This document shows, in pieces, positions 8,601 through 18,668 of a DNA stretch of 20,000 bases (position 1 is the stretch's first letter; every line of letters starts with the position of its first letter). The notes below the pieces were generated by a model that did not search any database, was not told the origin of the DNA, and saw only the letters and a list, made by a program, of their open reading frames with translations. Both the position numbers and the translations under genes were made by a program. Location of the stretch: positions 479,509 to 499,508 of the forward strand of contig JBODTK010000122.1 in assembly GCA_050613775.1 (NCBI GenBank), read 5' to 3'. The DNA is from Neocallimastix sp. 'constans'. Its lineage: Eukaryota.

Positions 8601-11596
8601 CACAATTTGTCATACAAACAACGGCTGCATTAGATAGAGTATCTTCAGCAGTACGTTTTTGATATGGTGTTTCATTATCATGAGTACAATCCATAAATAA
8701 TGCATGTGGACTAGCACCTTTAAGGTCAATAACAATTTTGTTTTTAATAGCATCAGTTTCTCCAAGTAAATCATGTGGGAAATAATTTGAATCAATAGTA
8801 AATGAACCTTTTTTTATATAATTCCAATTAAATTCAAATTTTTAGTTTTTATTTAGTATATTTTCAAATATTTTCAAAAAGAAAAGTTATTTATCTTACC
8901 AGCTGGTTGACCACCATGACGATGAGCAAGTCTACTTAATTCAAATGAATCCCATGCATTCATAGCTTCACGAATTAATGAATTAATACCTAATTTAGAA
9001 ACATAAAGAATATCTTTTTCTTCAGAACCAGTAAATAACTCTGCAATAACATATAAATCTGGTCTTTCTCTTCTACCAACATCTAATAAATATTGAGCAA
9101 GATGAATTGGTGTTGAGTGACAATTATCAATACGGAAACCATGGAATAATTTAGCCATTGTTCTTGTGTATTCAGCCATATGATCCCATAGCCATGGATT
9201 ATCATCCTAAAATTATAAAAATTTACATAAATATTAATTTATATATTTCATTTTTCTATTTTTTTATATAAATCTATATTTTATTTTCTTTAATTTAAAA
9301 ATTAAAATTAAAACTTACTCTTTTTTGTCCATATCTAAGCTTTACACAATCTCCCCATGCAATAACTTCACGACGTAAATATGCACTAGAATTTGGACCG
9401 GCAAAATCTAACAATGGATCAGCATTCCAAATCCATCCATTATTAGCCAATACAAGAGAATCTGGATGATGTTTCTTAGTAACTTCATTCAATGGTAAAA
9501 CAGTAAAGCAAACATCAACAAGTGGCATTCTGTTTAATCAAAACATGTTTTTATAATAAATATACAATAAATAAATTATTATATTATTTTTTTTAATAAA
9601 TATACAATAAATAAATTATTAAATTATTTTTTTTTTAATAAATAGAATTTATTTCATTAAAATTCATTTCATTATTATAATATATATATAATTAAAAATA
9701 ATAAAAAAATTAATTACTCTCTACAAATACGTCCAAGTCTTGGTCCATGACCAGCTAAACGAAGATATCTAGCACGATTAGCAATGTTTTGGAAGATAAC
9801 AGCAACATCTTCATCATAAGTACGATAAAACTCCATATTAATTTCATTTAATATCTTTTCATATTCTCTGCACATATAATTGATATTACTGTAATCAATA
9901 TTTTGAGCTTTACATAAAGCATGAATGAAATCAATTGCAATTGATGTTTTTATCTTCTTTGGAAAACGAACTCCATTACCAATAGAGTATAAGGCATCAT
10001 TCTTTAATAAAATAGCACGATCCTTTAATGGCATTGCAGCAATATTAACATTATCATACATACCATTAGCTTCAGATACAGTAGATTTAGCAATTGTTTC
10101 TCTAAATTGATCAATTAAAGTTTTTGTATCCATAACAAAATATTCCCATAAACGAAGTTTTGGGAATACTTTAGTTTGATAGCATTGTACAATTTCATTT
10201 AAATCATGTTCATCTTTCATAATATCACTCTTTCCATAAACATTAGTAATATCTTCAGAAAAATCAATAAGTGATTTATCTAATTCATAAGCAGGTCTTA
10301 AATGTGGAGAATTAACCAAATTATAACCTAACATTTTTAAATTTATAATGAATATCATTAAAAACATAATACTAAATTAATATCTTAAGTAAATATTTAT
10401 ATACCTGCTTCTGGGTGTTCTTGAAGCCATTCACTATTATGAGCTGTATGGTTCCAAACAACATCGGTAACACTTAAAATACCTAAATCAGTTCTCATAA
10501 TTTCTAATACTTGTTTAAGCATCTTTCTTTTAACATGTTCAGAGCATTTAATATCAAAAACATCATCATCAATAGATAATTGATCATAAATGGAATATGG
10601 AGAGTTGGATGATCCACGTTTTTGAAGGGGAACAAAATGAACCATATTATAACCTGTATCAGCACTAACCTTAAAATATGGCAACCATTTAGTAATAACC
10701 GGAAGCCATTTTGGAACAACAGTTTGAATTACAATACCATCTAATGGAGTAATAACAGTTTTATTCGGATCTGAAGCACTACGAATATATAATCTTGGGT
10801 CTACTAAAAACGTACCAGTTAATGCTGAACGGCAAAGATTCTTATTAATATCTTGATATTCTACATAATAATCAAAAACACCTGGTCTTGTAATTTGAAA
10901 TTCACAATATCCATCAGAAACAGTATCGTATATAAATCTATTTTTTATTATTTTTATAATTTTTCATACAATTTATATCATTAAAATTTTATTTATAATT
11001 TCATATTTTTTATTCAATTCAGTGTATAATTAAGAAATATAATTTAATTTAATAATTTATTATTTTAATAATATATATTATTATTTAACAAATATATTAA
11101 TTATTAATAATTTTGATTATTAAATATAATAAATATTACTTACGGTTTTGAATTAAATGTATCCCTTTCAAATTCTTCGCTACATATTTTAAATATATTT
11201 AATATTATTAAGTATTTTAATTAATTTATTATTTCTAAGTAATATAATCTTACATATATTACACATATTTATACAGTTTATATAATATTTAATAATTGAT
11301 TTACCCTTCATTTGGATAATTTGTTCTTAAAACAGCATGATGTAATGCTGTACATCCTGCTGTTAATGTAAAACAAATGGTATATGGAACAGTCTTTGTT
11401 GGTGGGGGTAATCTTATAAACTAATTTATTTTATTTTATAATAAAATTACATAAGAATTAAAAATTAAAAAATAAAAAAATAAAAAAATAAAATAAAAAA
11501 GCTCAAATATATTTATATATTCTTATTAATTTTTACCTTTTCTCTACCGTTTGGTGATCCATCATCAGATAAACGAAGAGCAAATGTCACTGGCAT
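3809..11596 (-). CDS. GDB1: Glycogen debranching enzyme (4-alpha-glucanotransferase / amylo-alpha-1,6-glucosidase), 13 exons, 1676 aa
   Basis: Exons (minus): 11596-11537, 11420-11305, 11179-11144, 10937-10405, 10327-9718, 9529-9319, 9206-8900, 8807-8493, 8383-8304, 8164-8077, 7371-6721, 5958-5787, 5660-3809. All introns are GT-AG, phases are consistent and the total is 5031 nt. Motifs: [21 protein letters not shown]13 catalytic [11 protein letters not shown] / AELFTG / DCTHDNE, and C-terminal glucosidase [45 protein letters not shown]. Confidence 0.97.
5787..5958 (-). CDS. GDB1: GDB1 exon 12
   Basis: [46 protein letters not shown] sites. Confidence 0.95.
6721..7371 (-). CDS. GDB1: GDB1 exon 11
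   Basis: ..[33 protein letters not shown] sites. Confidence 0.92.
8077..8164 (-). CDS. GDB1: GDB1 exon 10
   Basis: [32 protein letters not shown] sites. Confidence 0.9.
8304..8383 (-). CDS. GDB1: GDB1 exon 9
   Basis: [36 protein letters not shown] sites. Confidence 0.9.
8493..8807 (-). CDS. GDB1: GDB1 exon 8
   Basis: [32 protein letters not shown] sites. Confidence 0.95.
8900..9206 (-). CDS. GDB1: GDB1 exon 7
   Basis: [38 protein letters not shown] sites. Confidence 0.95.
9319..9529 (-). CDS. GDB1: GDB1 exon 6
   Basis: [40 protein letters not shown] sites. Confidence 0.95.
9554..9641. repeat. ~40-bp tandem duplication inside GDB1 intron 5
   Basis: TAATAAATATACAATAAATAAATTATTA(T/A)ATTATTTTTTT present twice. 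Confidence 0.8.
9718..10327 (-). CDS. GDB1: GDB1 exon 5
   Basis: [43 protein letters not shown] sites. Confidence 0.95.
10405..10937 (-). CDS. GDB1: GDB1 exon 4
   Basis: [48 protein letters not shown] sites. Confidence 0.95.
11144..11179 (-). CDS. GDB1: GDB1 exon 3, 36-nt small exon ([12 protein letters not shown])
   Basis: TAG acceptor, GTAAGT donor; supplies the FxR motif that follows TNYP in this family. Confidence 0.85.
11305..11420 (-). CDS. GDB1: GDB1 exon 2 ([16 protein letters not shown])
   Basis: TAG acceptor, GTAAAT donor, in phase. Confidence 0.88.
11537..11596 (-). CDS. GDB1: GDB1 exon 1 ([20 protein letters not shown])
   Basis: ATG at 11596, donor GTAAAA. Confidence 0.85.
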
Positions 11597-12082
11597 TGCT
11601 ACTTTTTTTTTTATTTATTTATTTTAAATATTATTTTATTATTTTTTTTTTTTATATATAATATCTTTAAAATAATATAGATATTATTATAACAAGTAAT
11701 ATATTAGAGTGATATAATTAAAAATAAAAATATATATAATTATGAATTAAAAAATATATTAAAATTTAATTTAAAATATAAACTTATTTTTTTATTACTT
11801 TATTAATATATATATTATCTTATATGCAATATTCACAAAAAGGATTAGTAATTTTTAAATTTAACTACTAGTATTAAATCTTTTTTATTCCTGTTTTATT
11901 GAAGTATAGTTATTTTTGATTTAATACCTAAATTATTTAACAAACTAAATATATATATATATTATTAATTTTTTTATTAATATATCACCTTGTAAATTAA
12001 ATTATATAAATAAAAAAAAAAATAATAATAATAATATTTTTATGATAATAAATTATTAAAAATAAAGAGAAAAAATAGAAAT

Positions 12083-12113
<31 letters not shown>

Positions 12114-12899
12114 TTAATAATTTATTATTAATTTTAATCAGATTAATAATTGAATAATAAACTATAATATATTGTCTTATTATTATTTGTATTATTTTTG
12201 TTGAATTTATTAAAGATTTTAATGAATTTATTTCTTTTATATATATAAATTAATCATTCATTTTTTCTATATTTTATTATTAATTATCAATTTATTATTA
12301 ATATATAATAAATTTATTTTATTTCATGTATTATCCCTTTAATAAATTATATATTATGATTACTTTTTATGATTCACTATATTATATATATATTACAAAT
12401 ATATATATAATTTTCTTGCTAAAGAAAAAAAAATAATAATTAAAAAAATAACTCCACGTAAAAAATAATTATAAACTATTTTTGTAATTTTGAATATATA
12501 TATATTAATATTTAAAATATTTTTTATAAAAAAAAAAAATTAAAGAAAAAAATTAAAACTTTTTAAAAATAAACATACATGATATTAAAAAGAAAATATT
12601 TTAAACTAAAATATTTATTTATAATTAATAATTTATTTTATATATATTAATATTTATTCATTTAATAAATAAATTTTAGGTATATATAAGTATAGGCATA
12701 TACTAAAATATGAATATATAAATGTATAATACATATGTTTATTCAGTTTTAATATATAAATATATTTATTTGTGTATATATAATAAATAATTATATTATT
12801 TTTTGAAATAATTAAAATATTAAAATTAATATAATTAATAAAATTTGATTTTATTGAAAAGTTTATTTATTAATTAAATTTAATTAAAAAGGTAATTAC

Positions 12900-13091
12900 A
12901 AGGTCTAAACATAAAATAAAGTCATGCTTTTTATATGCATTTATAATATGGCGCATTAAATTAAATCATTTTCTATTACTAATGTATTGATCATGTGAAT
13001 AATAATAAATTATTCTTAAATTCTATGATAATTAATAAGAAAAACTAAAATTACTAATTAAATTATTTTTCATATTTTAACATTCATTCTC
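12900..13091 (-). mobile_element. Possible degenerate polypurine tract and start of the Copia 3' LTR
   Basis: Minus strand GAGAATGAA followed directly by TGTT (LTR-like TG at 13082) at the end of the RNase H frame. The far end of the LTR cannot be defined. Confidence 0.4.
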
Positions 13092-14597
13092 AAATTAAAT
13101 TTTTTATACAAAATTTTATTATCGAATTTAGTCATTTTAGTACCATTAACATTTTTGGTTAATACATCTACTAACATTTCATATTTATTTATATATTCTA
13201 ATTTTATTAGGTTCTTTTCAATGTAGTCTTTATTGAGATAGTACTTTATTACTATATGCTTTAATTTTGTATTTAAATCCCCGTTTTCCATGCTTGTTTC
13301 TCTAAAAAGATTATCAGTAAATAATTTTATTAGCTTGTTAAATTTAAATATTTCATTTAAAATATTTTTAAATCATAAAATCTTTTTTATGAATTCTGAA
13401 GTGCTGATGTATTCTGCTTCAGCAGTTGATATTGCTACTATAGTTATTTATATTATTTATTTATATTCTTTAGTCCCATTTAAGTATTTTAATATGTTTA
13501 TTACCCTTTTCCAATCACTTATTGTTGGTTTTTCACAGTTTCTTGCTGCTATATGTACAGCAAATGTGATGTTTGGTCTTGTATATTTTGATAAGAATAT
13601 TATTGCACCAATGGCACTCTTATATATTGTTTTATTAAATTCTTTTTTATTTTCTTTTTAATATTATCAACAATACATTGTGTTTTTGACTTTTTAATAT
13701 TATTTATGATTAATCTTTCTAATATATTGTTTTTATAATTCTTTTATAGAATTATTCATATTATGATAAATTTTATTTGAATTATTTTAGTTTTTATGCA
13801 TTATTTCTAAATTATATACTTTTATATTTTATCCATTAAATTTATGATTATTATTCAAAATTCATTATTTGAATTATTTATTTGACTATTATTTGAATTT
13901 TCATTATTTGATTGGTTATTATTTACTTTATTATTACTGAAATTTTCATTGCTAGATTCATTATTATTTGTTTAACGACTGTATTGAACTCATCACCTTT
14001 CGATTCGTAATTTGAAGTATTATTACCATTAGAACTAATTATAATAGGTTAAGTTGTGGTATTGAACTCATGATCATTTGTTTCATTCTCGAGACTTTCC
14101 GATTGAACCAAAGTCATATCTATGTAATTGTCATTATCTACAGGTTCGTTTTCCATGAATACGACTCCCCTTATAAAGTGTATAAATTTATTATTTTTAT
14201 TCAAGATGATATAACTGGTCGATATTTTGTCATAACCAAGATGGATTCCTTCATTTTCATTAGGTCGAAATTTATGTATATTTTGAATTAATATTTTATG
14301 GAATGACTTACATCCGAATACTTTTAGGCATTTTAAATTTACTTTTTCATTATGAAAAATTTCATATGGTATTGAAAAGTTAACACCAAAGTGTGGAGTA
14401 ATATTATAAATAAATTTTACATGTTTTGCTGCATAATCCCAAAATTCAAGATTTAACTTACTCCATTGTAATTATGATTTTGTAATTTTTATTAATGTTC
14501 GATTGAAATGTTCAATCAAACCATTATTTTCATAGCTATACGGAGGGGAATATAATTTAATTAGATCATTTTTTTCACAATATTTATGAATTTATAT
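13070..14597 (-). mobile_element. Degenerate Ty1/Copia LTR retrotransposon pol (integrase C-terminal half, RT C-terminus, RNase H)
   Basis: Integrase YCEKNDLIKLYSPPYSYENNGLIEHFNRTL..*..EFWDYAA..YNITPH..IPYE..LKVFGC (~14310-14597); RT YKSAIGAIIFLSKYTRPNITFAV..KRVINILKYL (~13480-13630); RNase H IVAISTAEAEY and KLKHIVIKY..LEYI..MLVDVLTK. The IN-RT-RH order defines Copia. Stops, frameshifts and deletions are present. Confidence 0.9.
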
Positions 14598-15650
14598 TTT
14601 ATGTGGTCTTTTACTTCATTAAATTTTCCCGTCTCTGTCCAATAATTACATATTTTATTATTCCATAAAGCAGAAGTTATTGACAATGGATTAAATATTT
14701 TTTCACCAGTATTACTTAAATATACTTTATACCACTTTTCTAAATCTCTATAATTTAATTTGTTATTTTCAAGGCAAAGTTTACGAACTTCTTTTTTGGT
14801 AAGCCCAAAGTATTCATAATATTGATCATCTTTTAACATTGAATATTCGGCAAAAAAATTTAATATCGCTTGGATAGTTCCTTTTGCAGGTGTTAAAATA
14901 CCTGTCATGTAAGGCTTATCCTTTAATAAAACATTCAAATAAGATAAATATATTTTCCTATCTTCAGCTGTAAATATATCATCTTCATTAAAGATATAAT
15001 ACCATTCATCTATTACAAAAATAAATTTTTCTTTTGTTTTACAGTATAAATAACTTAAATACTTTAATAATTTTTTATTTTTTTTAATTTCATGTATTTT
15101 AAAAATATCGTCTAATTCTTCTATTATTTCATTATCCAATATACTTAAATATTCGCTTAAAGTTAAGTTTTCATAATCTTTAATACCTGAAAATTTTAAA
15201 TATATTGTATAATACTTTCCTAGAGTTTCTTCATAGTTTAATTTCTTTTTTTTTAAAACTAGTATTTTCAGTTTCTAAATCTTCTGTGTTATTAGTTATT
15301 GTTTCAGATTCAATGTTTTCTTCTTTTGAAATATTTAAGTTGTCAAATATCTTTTTAAGTTTTTCTTTATCCTTTTCATTATTAATTTTACTATAATATG
15401 CAATATTCATAGCGGCTATTGAAGATTTCCAAATCTTCTTGGTTTTGAAATACATATGTATCTTTTATTCTTTTGAAATAATTCATTAAATTTAAGAATT
15501 ATATTAGATTTATCAACAAAATATTCACTTTGATATAAAATTTCAAATTCATCATATTCAATAATACTATCTACGTAAACACCAATTATTTAATAATGAT
15601 AGTTTAATTTATATCAGTTGAATATTTCTTTCCTTTCAATATAGATCATT
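14598..15650 (-). pseudogene. AAA-ATPase-like (PF09820-type, bacterial ATPase/PD-(D/E)XK family) pseudogene, 3'-truncated
   Basis: YFVDKS..YICISKPRRFG(K)SSIAAM (Walker A, 1-nt frameshift at ~15430), FIFVIDEW (Walker B), LLKDKPY..MTGIL, LNFFAEYSML, YFGLT..EV..LC, IFNPLSI, NYWTETG. No intron evident; frameshifted; stops at the Copia junction. Confidence 0.85.
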
Positions 15651-16128
15651 AATCATTATCTCTATCTACTCAATTTTTTTTATGTATATACACATAAATA
15701 AATTAAATAATCAATTTAAGGATTCTCAAAAGTTGTTTGTAATAGTTGAAATAATATATTATGTCCATTTATTCATTTGTAGTGGCGCATATATTATAAT
15801 GTATGGCGCATAGTTAAAGAAAAAGATTTTTGATTTTAATTATGAGACATACATTACAATTATTATTTTACAATTAATTTTAGTTATAGTTTTTAAATTT
15901 TGTAGGACTAAAATACTCATAAATAATATATTTTTAAGTGCTCATTATTATGGATAAATAACTCTCTTTTTAAAAATTTTATATTATATTATAAATATTT
16001 GAATAATGATAAAAATAGTTATATTTATTATTAATATATTATTTTAATTATTGAATAAATATACATTTAAAGTATTAAAAAAAATAATAATAATAAAATT
16101 CATATATTATATAATGTTTTTAATATAA

Positions 16129-16306
16129 AATAAAATAAAATAAAATAAATAGTAGAATATTAAATATAAACTACATATTGAATAAAATAAAATAAAATAA
16201 ATAGTAGAATATTAAATATAAACTACATATTGAATAAAATAAAATAAAATAAATAGTAGAATATGTATATAAAGTACAGATTGAATAAAATAAAATAAAA
16301 TAAAAT
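16129..16306. repeat. Minisatellite, ~52-bp unit x~3.4
   Basis: AGTAGAAT recurs at 16151, 16203 and 16255; unit (AATAA)n-ATAGTAGAATATTAAATATAAACTACATATTG. Confidence 0.9.
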
Positions 16307-16459
16307 GAATTTAGTCGTTAAAAAAAAAAGGACTACAAAAACCAATAATCAATAGACACTTGACAAACGACCTGACATCTTGGAGCTAAGACAAGCTAAG
16401 ACAAACATTTTAATACAAAACATTTCACAAACCCGAGAGAACATTAAAGATTCATTAAG

Positions 16460-16887
16460 ATCCTTTAAAAACGTTCTATCTTATGGCTATTAACTCTAAT
16501 TCGTCAATATTATTAACACCAAATTCCTTCTTTAAAACGAATAAAATCACGTCTTGCATCTACCCGCATATGGCAACTCCACAGAAAGATATCGATCATC
16601 GCTTTTTATTTCTTGATTATTTTGTATTTTTAATGTCAGACTTATCCCTACAATTTTTTATCAAATATTCTAAGTATTCCATGGTTTCTAAAATTTCCTC
16701 CAATTTTTCGATCAATTTTACGGCATCGAACAGAGTAAGTTCCTTTATTGCATCTTCTGCTTGTTATTTAAATGACTGACTTTCCGTAAGGAAAATCACT
16801 ATACAAAATTAATACATGAGGAATAAAAATTGTTTTTTCATATAGCATCATACAGTCGATAAAATTTTTATTATAACGTATTTCCAT
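16460..16887 (-). pseudogene. Broken reading frame of unknown family
   Basis: GC-richer island. MEIRYNKNFIDCMMLYEKTIFIPHVLILYSDFPYGKSVI, then after a frameshift QAEDAIKELTLFDAVKLIEKLEEILETMEYLEYLIKNCRDK..*..VILFVLKKEFGVNNIDELELIAIR*. Protein-like, but no motif recognised. Confidence 0.35.
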
Positions 16888-17169
16888 AGTTAACAAATAT
16901 ATATATATATATATCTGTAAAAAAAAAAATAAAAAAAATATAATAAGAAAAAAAAAGAATAAAATAAAATAATAAATAAAATTAAATTTCATATATCTGT
17001 AATATAAAAAAAAAATTAAATAAAATTTAATTGTGTAGATATTTATTTTAATATATAAATAATATATTTCACATTTATTATAAATTTATATAATTAAAGT
17101 ATATTTACTATAAATTTTCAAAAAATATATATATACAATAATATATATATTAACAATAAATTTAGTATC

Positions 17170-17514
17170 AAATCTTCACGATTTTTCCCTCTGGGTTTTG
17201 CGTGAAAGGTTAGGGGTTAAACGATACTCAGATAAGTATGTTTTCTATATTTCTTACACTTTAAGAATCCTATTGTGTAAGCCTTGTCTGAGAGGATTAC
17301 AGTTTCCAGCTCCTCTGGGATGGTAAGAACGCCACCTATAATGGGCTCTGCTTTCCCTTGAGGATCGCGTAGGGGGCTTCTATATGGAGTTTCTTTGTTT
17401 ATGTGGAGTTGAGAGCACCGACGCTGTACTGGTATGGCAGTTAATCATACACCCATATTAATATATGGGGGAGACAAAAGTCTTCAGTCTATAAAAAAAA
17501 AAAAAAAACTAAAG
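17170..17514 (+). mobile_element. Copy C: SINE-like retroposed element with poly(A) tail and 16-bp target-site duplication
   Basis: Flanked by CAATAAATTTAGTATC (17154-17169) and CAATAAATTTAATATC (17515-17530), 15/16 identical; A16 at 17493-17508; many stems; no long ORF. Confidence 0.7.
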
Positions 17515-17804
17515 CAATAAATTTAATATCTCAATATATGTTTATTTTATACTTTATTTATTTGAAGTAGAAGGCTTTTTTTTTTAAGAATACATAATAC
17601 ATAAAAAATATTTAATTTTGAAATTTCATAATACTATGCTATATTTAACATTATTTTTTTTAAAGAGATAGATATGTATATATTAATTTATAATTTAATT
17701 ATATTAATGTCTTAATTATAAACTGATAGAATAATGAAGAAAAATGAATTAGTAAATAATTAATAGTAATAATTTTATTGATGAATTAATAAGTTTAACA
17801 TCAT

Positions 17805-17882
17805 TATTTATTTATTTATTTATTATTTATTTATTTATTTATTATTTATTTATTTATTATTTATTTATTTATTATTTATTTT
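17805..17882. repeat. (TTTA)/(TTA) compound microsatellite
   Basis: Direct inspection. Confidence 0.85.
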
Positions 17883-18333
17883 TTAATATTATTATTTTAA
17901 TTAACGTTAAAAATTTTAAACAGTTCCACTACTCATTTCTACAATAATTTAAGTTTAATATAGTTTTAATTATAAAAATGTTTTTATAAAGTTAATAAAT
18001 TAATAAATAATTGAAAAACAATATATATATATTTTTTTTGTTTAAAAAATAAATCAAAATAATTATTTTATATAATAATATTAATTGTATGATTAAATTA
18101 TTTATGTAATTTATATTATTTATTGCATCTTTTTTTTTTTTTTTTGTTTTTTTTTGTTTTTATGAATACTAAATATAATGACTCTTATTATATGATATAT
18201 CTTAAAAGTAATAATTTTTTTATATTTTTTTTTTAACTTTATATATTAATCTTTTTTATGAAAGGATAAATAAAAATTTTTTTGAGAATTTTTATTTTAT
18301 ATAGAAATATGCATTTAATATATTATAATTAAT

Positions 18334-18336
<3 letters not shown>

Positions 18337-18379
<43 letters not shown>

Positions 18380-18545
18380 GACTGTAGCAGGATTTCTCCC
18401 CAGCTGCACATCTGTAGACACCAATGGTTTATTATTGGAGCCCTTATCTAACTTCCTACTAAGTTGGTGGTGTTGTCCCTGGTGGACTGCCTTTCAGTTT
18501 TTCTGCATTGGCTCTTTTTACCCAAGTATTATTACTGCTTGTCAT
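18337..18545 (-). mobile_element. Copy D: short retroposon-like 3' end with 40-nt poly(A)
   Basis: Minus strand AAGAGC..ACTGAAAGGCAG ... GGGGAGA-N10-CAGTC-GTT-A40 (T-run 18337-18376), the same terminal spacing as copy C. Confidence 0.5.
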
Positions 18546-18635
18546 TGTACAATAATATAATTTATAAAATATATATTATATTATTAATATTTATTAATAT
18601 TAAAATTAAATAACAATACCATATTAAATAAATAA

Positions 18636-18668
<33 letters not shown>

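Noticed and set aside
4450..10719. Short ORFs 4450-4761, 4942-5166, 6210-6419, 8610-8795, 9925-10110 and 10504-10719
   Set aside because: Alternative-frame or antisense shadows of GDB1 exons, or low-complexity intronic frames.
17208..17220. Telomerase RNA template (GGTTAGGGGTTA, minus strand TAACCCCTAACC)
   Set aside because: Four Gs rather than TTAGGG, the template would be on the strand opposite to the structure and poly(A) evidence, and the element has a TSD.
17285..17378. TPP riboswitch (CTGAGA ... GCGTAGGG)
   Set aside because: Lacks the CYUGAU / UAAU..C core and the spacing is wrong.
16313..18383. DNA transposon bounded by AGTCGTT(A)n inverted repeats
   Set aside because: Only 7 informative bases, no TSD, no transposase, and the right-hand copy is part of element D.
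18377..18400. U3 snoRNA 5' end (CGACTGTA..AGGATTTCT)
   Set aside because: Box A is incomplete and no B, C or D boxes follow.
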